From NCBI RefSeq assembly GCF_009914755.1, contig NC_060940.1: a DNA stretch of 64,000 nt; one strand, written 5' to 3'. Of the stretch, positions 54,143-64,000 are shown in pieces (within the stretch, counting starts at the first letter, position 1; each line of letters opens with the position of its first letter). The position numbers and the translations under genes were made by a program. Below the pieces are notes generated by a model. It was not told the origin of the DNA. It saw only the letters and a list, made by a program, of their open reading frames with translations, and did no database searches. This stretch comes from the human T2T-CHM13v2.0 reference genome, Homo sapiens.

Positions 54143-54523
54143 AATCATAGGTTGGGATCCACAGGAAGCAGACCCTGAGATGAAGTTTAGCAGGCATGAG
54201 GTTTATTAGGGTGTTGATCTTGGGGTCACTGCCAGCGTAATGAAGGGGAGGAGGCAGACTGGGAAGAGGGAGACAGTGAGCTGCAATGCAGTGCCAGAGA
54301 AGCATGGGGAGTTCTGAAGATGAGGTGATCCTTCGGAACTGCCTGAGTTGGGGCAGAAGGCTGAGAAAGTGGGCTGCTGGCCGCCAGGGGCAAAACCATT
54401 CTTTTATCTGAGGCAATCCCCAAAGGGGAGATAGCTGCAAGCTGTACCACTGCCAGCAGTTGGGGAAATATGTCCTTCATTCCTAGAAGCTGATCTAGGT
54501 GGCACATCACAATGCCCACCACA
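54143..54523 (-). mobile_element. LTR16-family ERVL LTR
   Basis: ggaagcagaccctgagatg...gtttattaggg...gagctgcaatgcag...gatctaggtggcacatcaca. Confidence 0.75.
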
Positions 54524-55299
54524 TCCCCTCATGCCAGACACAAAGAAGCAGGCTGATTTCTTTATGTCCATCTCTTCTCCTGCACTAATAATTCAAGGCT
54601 GGTCAGCAAATGGCAAATCCATCTGAGTTCCCAAGCTTTCCAACCAGAGGTGAGGCAGGATAAGAACATCTTGACAATGAAAATAAACACAAAGGGAATT
54701 CCCGGTGGAAGTATGCCACCAATGGAACCATGGACTGTGAGTCAGCTGTTGGCCAGACTCAAGGGGCAGACCCAACCCTGGTAAATTCTTGTCAAACAAC
54801 TCACCCTCATCTTTGGAAGTGTAGTTTAAGACATCAATCCTCAATACATACAAAGTTGAGGAGGCTGGATAAAAATAGTAAACCAGGCACAATCTCCACA
54901 TTCCCCTTCTTATCCTAAACTCCTGGAAAAAAAGAAATAATAATAATAATAAACATTGATGATAACAATAATATAAATAAAATATAATATAACCAATACA
55001 GCATATAAGTAAGAATATAACAACATATAATAATAAAAATCCATAACAGTGTAGGAAAAAAAGAAGGGGTACCCACAGTAGATGAAAAAGTTAGGAATGC
55101 CTGAAAGGGGAAAGGCAGATGGAGAAGACTGAAGAAAGAAACCACATCCCAATAGCACAAAGGAGAGACCTGCTACAAGAAATGGAGGAGCACCAATGTC
55201 CAAGGCAGCAGGAGCACCCAAGGATGATTGACAGGATGATTGGTTGGGGTTCTGAAGAAAATCAACCTCGTGAAAGAAAAGTCCTAAATTTAACCATCT

Positions 55300-58200
55300 G
55301 AAGACTAAATTGGACATGAAGAACTAAATTTAACAAACTGAAGAACTACATCCCCATGGAAAGAATAGAATCAATAAGAAAATACTTTATAAAAGTCTAA
55401 TTAGTATTCTCATGCAAGGGAATGTAGCACACATACAAAATTATCAGATGAAGGTCTTGGAAATTACAAACTTGAGTACTGAAATTTTAAAAAATCAATA
55501 TATGAACTGAATATCAGAATAGATAAAAACTAAGAGAAAATGACTGAACTGGAAGATTCAACCAAGGACTTTTCCCAGAAACAGAACACACAAGGAAACA
55601 CAGATGGAAGTTAAGAAAAAATGAAAGAGAAATGGAAAATAATTCCAACAGCATGAAAATCCATTTAACAGGAATTCCAGAAATTGGAAATAAGAGGCAT
55701 GAAGGAGAAGAAATAATTGAGGCAAAGAAAAAAAAACCCAAAAAACGATGGAAGTCTTTAGATTGAAAAAAAAGATAGAAGTCTTTAGATTGAATGGATC
55801 TATCAACTGCAGAGTAAGTAAATAAAAAGACCCACACTTGGCCGGGCACGGGTGGCTCAAGCCTGTAATCCCAGCACTTTGGAAGGCCAAGGCAGATGGA
55901 TCACGAGGACAGGAGATCGAGACCATCCTGGCTAACACGGTAAAACCCCATCTCTACTAAAAATACAAAAAATTAGCCAGGCGTGGTGGTGGGCGCCTGT
56001 AGTCCCAGCTACTCAGGAGGCTGAGGCAGGAGAATGGCATGAACCTGGGAGGTGGAGCTTGCAGTGAGCCAGGATTGCGCCACAAACTACACTCCAGCCT
56101 GGGAGACAGCGAGACTCCATCTCAAAAAAAAAAAAAAAAAAAAAAAAAAAGACCCACACTTAAGCTTTTTTTGGAAACATTTACAAGGAAGAAGAGAAAA
56201 TTCTTCCAACGAACAAAACAGATTAATCAACTTTGGCTGCCATAGCAAAATACCACAGACTGGGGAGTTTAAACAATGGAAATTTATGTCCTCACAGTTC
56301 TGGAGGCTGGGGAAGAAAGAGAGTAATAGGAGAAAGTAAGCAGTAAAGAAATAAAAGTTTTTAATATTTTTTGCTGGGAGGATTTAGGAAGTGATTGACT
56401 CTAAATATCAATATGTCTCTTAAAATGCATCAATGCATCAATCTATGCATTAGCAATAAAAAATAGGTTGAATAATTTCCAACTATTATAGAAGAAAAAA
56501 TGAAATGAGAAGTCATTTAAATGGAAAATCTTAGATTTAGAAACTAACATCCAGATACATGCTGCTTGTAAGATACACCTAAAGCAAAATGAGACAGAGA
56601 GGTTAAAAATAGAATACTGGAAATAGCTATGTTGTGCGAATTCTAAGAAAAAGAAAGCCAAGTTGTAATAATATCAAACAAAATAGAGCTCAAGGCAAAG
56701 AACAATGAAAGAAAGTAGGGGGATGGAGTATCCATGTTGATAAAATATAACATCAATAGAGACGATATCTCAGCCATGAACTTTTATGCACCCAATAACT
56801 TAGCTTCAATACAGAAAGCAAAAACTGAAGGATATACACAGAGAAAGTGTTAATCTACAATCATGGTAAGAGACCTTATTATTCATCTCTCAGAAATCAC
56901 CCAATCAAATAGCTGTGGATCAGGGACAGTTAGAGAGAGTCTGAAGAACATACATATTAAAATTTTACAGTGTGATCTAATAGACATAGATGTTAAGAAG
57001 AGGAGACTTCATTATTTTCAGTCACACATGGAGCATTCAAAAAAAATTACTCACGTAGTAGGCCACAAAGGAAACCTCAACAACTTCATTAGAAAGAAGT
57101 CAGACAGGTTACCATCTGGGACAAAATGTAATAAAATTAGAAATTAATAACAAAAAATGGCCAAATAATTCTATGCACCTGAGCATGCTAAATACTTTGA
57201 AAATAACTCTTAGGTTAGCAAAGAAAAAAGTATTACTATTTAGAAATGAATAACAAGGAGAGGCCATATATCAAAAACCTGAGATATATACCTAATTCAT
57301 GAAAATTTATAGTCTCAAATAAAGTTCTTAGAAATGAGGAAAAAATGAAAGCAAAGTCAATAAGCTCTTCAGTTCAAGAAGTTAGAAAGAGAAAAACAAA
57401 ATAAGCTCAGTGAAATTAGAGGAAGATATTAATAAAGATAAAATGCAAAAATTAACTAGAACACAAAAAAATCAATAGTATAGATCAATAAAACTAAAAG
57501 CTGTTTCTTTGAAACTATCAATAAATTAGAACAGCCTGTGGCAAGACCGAGTGTGAGAATAGAGTGAGTAATGGTCACAAAAATAACAACATTAAGAAGT
57601 AATAGAGACATAGTATACAAAGCACATTTCAAATTAAAGAGAATTTAGACCAAAACATTTCAAAATCTAATGAATGAATAATTTCCTGGGAAACAATAAA
57701 TCACAATAAACAATAAATAATAAATGTCAACAATTGGTTCAAGAAGAAAATCATGGAAGACCAATAATCATATAAAAATTAAAATAGTAATTTAAGATCT
57801 ACCCCCACTAAAGTGCACCAGAGTAAGAAAGTTTATGGTCAAGTTCTAGCAAACATTCAAAAAATCCATAATCCCATGTGATATACTATGCAGGGCATGG
57901 AAGAAGATAAAAACTACTCTAACTCGTTCCATGTGGCTACCATAACCAAATACCAAAAGTGGGCAAGGAAAACATGGATGAAAGGAACAAGCCAATATTG
58001 TTTATGAGCAAAGATACAAAAATTCTATCTAAAGTATTAGAAAGTCAAAACTAATAAGGTATTAGGAGCAAAAAACGGAAGAATAGTCCAACATTAGAAA
58101 GCAATTGATGTTCCTCACTAGAGTAAAATCATCTCAATAGATACTGTCAACTGATGCTAAAATTTAATGTAATTTAACAACAATTTCTGATTAAAACAAC

Positions 58201-58620
58201 AAATTCAACTTGTAATGTTTTTATACAATAGACCCACAGTGTACATCGTAGTTATGGTAAAATATCAGAAACAATCCTTTTAAAATCAGAAACCAGGTAA
58301 AGATGTCTATAATCACTATTACTTTTCAATATTGCTCTGAAAGCTTACGTAAAGACAAGAGAAGAAAATAAGAAATGTAACTCTGAAGAGAAAGAGACAA
58401 AACTGTTAGTATATGCAGTCAGTATAACCATCTGTCAGAAAAATCCACAAGAACCAAATGTGAGTTAAACAAGTTGACTAGATATAAAATCAACACACAA
58501 AATTAATAATTTTAATGTACCACAGCAATGACTATGTAGAATATATATTTTATGACCCTATTCACAAAAGGAAAAAAAAACCTGAAAAATACCTCAGGCA
58601 AATTTCATAAGAAATGTCAG
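55300..58620 (+). mobile_element. Highly decayed L1ME (ORF1/ORF2 remnants)
   Basis: A-rich, with tatgcacccaataacttagcttca and taggccacaaaggaaacctcaa (HVVGHKGNLN). Contains an AluY and a ~90-bp MLT1 terminal fragment (~56222-56311). Confidence 0.75.
55840..56145 (+). mobile_element. AluY
   Basis: AluY diagnostics and a long pure poly(A). Perfect 16-bp TSD aaaaagacccacactt at 55824-55839 and 56146-56161. Confidence 0.97.
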
Positions 58621-58704
58621 CAGAAGTGGTATAAAGAGTTAGGATGTGAAGGGAAACCTGGTTGTGATGTTACTAGGTGGAGTAGAGCTTAAATACCTGG
58701 TTTT

Positions 58705-59176
58705 GTTTGTTTTGCTTTTTAGTTTTTCTTATTATTTTGCTTCAAATGGTATTTTATTTTAAAATTCTTAATTATTATGGGACATAGTAGATGTATATAT
58801 TTATGGGGTACATGTAATGTTTTGATGTAGGCACGCAATGTGTAATAATCACATCGGGGTAATTGGGGTGTCCATCACCTCAAGCATCTGTCAGTTATTT
58901 GTGTTAGAAACATTCCAATTCCACTATTTTAGTTATTTCTAAATACACAATAAATTACTGTTGACTATAGTCAGCCTGTTGTGCTATCAAATACTAGCAC
59001 AAATTCATTCTATTTAACTATATTTTTGCACCCATTAATCATCCCCACTTTTCCCCTGCTCCCCGCTGCCCAAGCCAGCCTCTGGTAACCATCATTCTAC
59101 TCTCTATCTCCATGAGTTCAATTGTTTTAATTTTTAGCTCCCACATGTGAGTGAGGACATTCAAAATGTGTCTTTC
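58705..59176 (-). mobile_element. 5'-truncated L1MA (L1MA3-like) 3' end
   Basis: atatatttatggggtacatg...gcctctggtaaccatcattctactctctatctccatgagttcaa. TSD aatacctg(g/c)tttt at 58692-58704 and 59177-59189. Confidence 0.88.
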
Positions 59177-61206
59177 AATACCTGCTTTTTAGGTTCTATT
59201 TCCCTTCCAACAGAACCAAGCTCAGATAGCAAAGGCCAAAATCAAACACCTGCCTGTTGATCCAAATGTGCCAGGCTTTGCAGGTTCGGTATTTCATTAG
59301 CAATTAAGAAAATAACTTTTCCAGAAGCAGAATGCATTGCATGCATTGGAAGCAAAGGGAAGGCAGCAGAAAGAAAATTTGAGGAAAATGGAAAACAAAG
59401 CCTGGAGACACGCTAAAGCTTCTCATAGTCGGTCCTGACCGAGGTGAAGCTCAGGAGCGGGAGAGGAGAGGTCTCTCCCCCTACACATGCCCCAAAAAAC
59501 CAGGGTGGCCAAACAGATGGTGAAGAACATTTTTAAACCACTTTTAACACAGTAACTTTTTTTTGCCTGCTTGCTCTTTATTCCTTTAGTCAAAAGTCTT
59601 ACCAGCTGTCACCATCTCAAGGAAAATGTCAGAGGCTTGTGGCTGCCTGTGCCTCTCCTCAGCTTGGTGCGGGAGAGAGGTGTGGAACCTCAGCCAGCCA
59701 CAGTCCTGGCTGCAGAACTGCTGAAGTGGCCAAGGATAGGGGGAAGGCCCCTCACAAAAATGGACCCACCATGGAGGCTCGCAGCCAATCTCTTCTACAT
59801 ACAATCCCTTCCAGGAACTAAGCATGTATACTTTCCAAAGTACTTTCCCTAGGTTCTTATATCCTCCAGACACCCCTGAGATAAATATTATTCCCATTGC
59901 ATGGAGAGAGCAATGGCAAAGCCTGGCTTCTAGCTTTGCAATCTACCACCTGTGGATTCTTGGAAAAGTTCCTTTTCTTCTCTGGACCTTAGCTTCTCCG
60001 CATGCACAAGGAAATTGTCCAAATGTCCTCCAAAGTTGCTTCCAACTCTAAAGCTCTGATGCATTGTCTAATACCAGTTAGACATCCCTGATCCTCCTCT
60101 CTGAATGACAGTTCTGGCTGCTGCTTCCCTGACCCCTTCCTTCTGCCCCAGGGAGAGCTCAGTGTACACCAAAGAAATCAGAACATGAGAACCGCAAGAG
60201 GCTACCAAAGTCACTTCCTTAACTTTTTTTTCCCTTCTTTTTCAAATACCAATAAGTAACTTCTTTAAAAGGAAGCCAAGTAGGGCTGTTAGTTTCCTGT
60301 TGAGTCAAAAAAAAATTTTTTTAATAAGTAATTTGCTGAAACTAATCCCCCCCATCTTTTAAAAATCACACAGTTAAACTGATTTAAAGAAACCTTTAAA
60401 GATGCATTTAAATTTTCTTTCCTCCTTGTTTAACTATATAATTGTTTTCACTCACAGTAATATTCTCTTGGAGGCATATGCTTGACTTATTTAATAAATC
60501 TTTCTCCACATTTGAAATCATCCATTAGCAATAAGGAGCTTGACGCTCCATTACCCACAATAAATTTCACTGCCATTAAATCGCCACATGCCGCATGGAG
60601 GAAAGGAGATACCAGTATGGCCTCTCTAAGACAGGGCAGAGTCAGAGCTCAGCATGGAGCCTGCTCTGAGCCTGCCTCTCAGTTCCTTAGCCCAGCCCTG
60701 GGTTCTCCTGGCAGTCAAGGTATCCATCTAGCCTACCGTGGGGGCTGACCCAGAGAGACAAAGTTGGGTGGGTAAATTTGCATCTAATCTAAGGCTCATC
60801 TTTCTCATTCCAGTGGGTTTGGGGGTGGGGTCCAGGCAGTAGCACCCTGTGGCTAATACTCACCTTTAGGCCATGGCATGAAGCAGGGCAAACCAGAACA
60901 GCCATCAGACTTGCCCTTGGTCCTAACACAAAACCTCAGCATCCCAGCTGGCCTTGACACAGAGCCCCAGTCCTCTTGCACATCATGTACATGGTACAGC
61001 TGATAAAGAAAAGTCAAATGAGTTCACCACTTTCCTCTACCGTTGCCAGCTGGCTGCATTCTCAGGGGACACTGAAGCTCAGCTTGCAAGCTGATGACGT
61101 CTCTGCTTACCACCAACGGGCAGCTCCAGCGTGGAGAGAAAGAAAGAAATCATTGACTGGGAGGACCTCAGAATCAGAGCTGAAAGAGACCTCAGAGGCC
61201 ATTGAT

Positions 61207-61895
<689 letters not shown>

Positions 61896-62669
61896 CTGGG
61901 CAGTGTTTTTCCCTTACAGAAGGGAACTAAGGCCCAGAGAGGGGTCGGAACGTGCCCCAAGTCACACAGCAAGTGAGAAGGATTGCTGCATAGAACCCAG
62001 GTCTCCAGCAGTCTGATGAGAGCTCCTTGTGTGCGCCAAGGTACCTGTGAGGAAGGAACAAGTTGGGCTCAGGTCGGTTACTGGTGCCCAAGGAAGAATG
62101 CCATGCCCTGGAAATAACTGTCACTCTTCAGGGAATCAAGCACCTAGGTTGGGTCAATGTTGCTGGTCTGGGACCACACTTCTAGCAGCGAGGGTCCAGA
62201 TCCCTTTTATTTACCTCCTCCTCCCTTTGGAATCCCAGTGTCCAACTGTCAAGCAACAATTCCCAGTTTTCCACAGTCTCTGCACATAGTTAGGTCATGG
62301 AAATGAATGCACTTTGTCATCTGGACCTTAGGGAGGGATGCTAAGTGTTGTGAACGAATGGCATGTTGGGTAGATCCTGCCCAGATTGTAAGTGTTCTGA
62401 GGGCAGTTCTGAGCCCCCTTCTCTTGTCTCTCTTGGATTGGGCTGAACAGTCAAAATGTGAAGCATGCCCAAGACCCTGCATGGCCTTGGGCAAGTCACT
62501 TCCTTGCAAGAATCCTATCTGTAAAACTGGGATAACTAATATTCACCTCCTAGGGTGTCATTTGGATTAAATGAGACATTGGAAGGGAAGGGCCCAGCAC
62601 AGGAGGGATGTGTAAAACGTAGCTGACTGTCTCAATTTCCTTACAGAGATGCCACAAACAAGGAAGAGA

Positions 62670-62890
62670 CACTGAACTCAGGCTGCCTGGGTCCAATCTT
62701 GCTGTTTCACTTCTTAGACCTGGGGCAAGTGGTTAACCTTTCTGGCCTTGATTTTCTCTTCTGTATGATAACAGCACATGCCACAAAGGGTTGCTGTGAA
62801 GTTTAAATTAGAAAGTGCATTTAACATGCTTAGCACAGTGCCAGGCACACAACACCGTAAGCACACCATAAACATCAGCTATTATTTTGG
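62670..62890 (+). mobile_element. MIR SINE
   Basis: gacctggggcaagtggttaacct...agggttgctgtgaagtttaaat...cttagcacagtgccaggcaca. Confidence 0.75.
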
Positions 62891-64000
62891 CTACTGTTGT
62901 TGTTACTATTGGTGCTCCAGATCCCTGGCCTCCTTTGCAATCAGCAAGGTAAATGTTGGGAGTCCTATTCCTGGTAATGGTTGGGACTTGCATGGGACTT
63001 TCCACCTTAGGAAACAGACACATCATCATTGTAGTGAGGATTGCAAAGTATGGCCATAAGCCAGAGGGAGCTGGCTGGATTTTCAGCACCCCTAGCCTGG
63101 GACTCCAGTCCTCAGGGCAACTAGACAATGGTACCCTTCACATGGCAGGAGGGTATCCCCTGTTGGTGCCTTATGGAGTCTTGTTTATGCCTCTATCAGG
63201 GTACTCGTAACATCCGAGTTCAATCATTGTCTTGCCCTCCAACAAAGACCCCAGAATCCAGGGCCAGGCCTTTTTCAGCTGTGTGTCCCTTTTGAAGCCC
63301 GGGAAGCAGTAGGTTCTCTAGAATATTTACTGGATAAATGAATGAGTGAGCTAATGAATTCATATTGGAAATTTTTTTGAATTTAATAATCCTAAAAATC
63401 TTATTACCCTTTTTGGAGTTGAGCAGTGTGCTGGAGCCCCACTAACAAAGAGCAGGATCTACTACTTATCTCAAGACAGCCAGACCCATCCAGGATGGGG
63501 ACAGTTTGGGAAGAAAAGGGAGCCCACAGGATAGAGATTTTCTGCTGGCAAAATTCTCTAATTCCATGTCTGGACCAGGAAAATTTCTCTGATGCTCTTG
63601 GAAGTACAGTATGGAAACTGTGGAGGGGGTTCCTGGAAGGAAAGTCAGGAGGAAGCCTAGAAGGGTAGACTCTGTCCTAGACCGATGTCCTGAATCCAGA
63701 GCCTCCAGACCACAGAACATTGGTCTTATGAATCAGAGTGAATGCTACCATTTGACTTTGCTTCACCATCACACAAAAGCTTGAATTTCCACTAAAACTG
63801 CAATTTAATACTTTAACATAGGGACTCCTCTACCCTAGCAGTGGTGCTGAGTTCCAACCCATTTATTTCCCCAAAATGGGCAACATAAGCTCCTTAGAAA
63901 CATTTCAGATGGTCCCAGCACCGCACAGATGGGGAAAGCAACCAAGAGGAGTTTTGCATTGCCAGGAGTATTGATGGTTGGAATGCAATTGCTTTTGCAG

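Overview
Non-coding primate genomic DNA, most likely human: it is CpG-depleted and carries AluY/AluS, THE1, L1PB/L1MA and HSMAR2. I found no protein-coding exon, RNA gene or CpG-island promoter. The only ORFs with recognisable homology are decayed LINE-1 fragments. Much of the window is transposon-derived: a near-full-length L1MA5-like element, a nested HSMAR2>L1PB>AluY stack, about a dozen LTRs, six Alus, and hAT, MIR and L2 relics. Subfamily names come from recall of consensus sequences, not from a RepeatMasker run. The main signal not explained by transposition is a set of six short local copy-paste duplications (44-358 bp, about 85-100% identical, 1.0-2.7 kb from their donors). Several have stuttered or microhomology junctions, and two form a datable chain. 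In all five cases where polarity can be read, the copy lies to the left of its donor. There is also a textbook CTCF site with an upstream module at about 49.47-49.50 kb.
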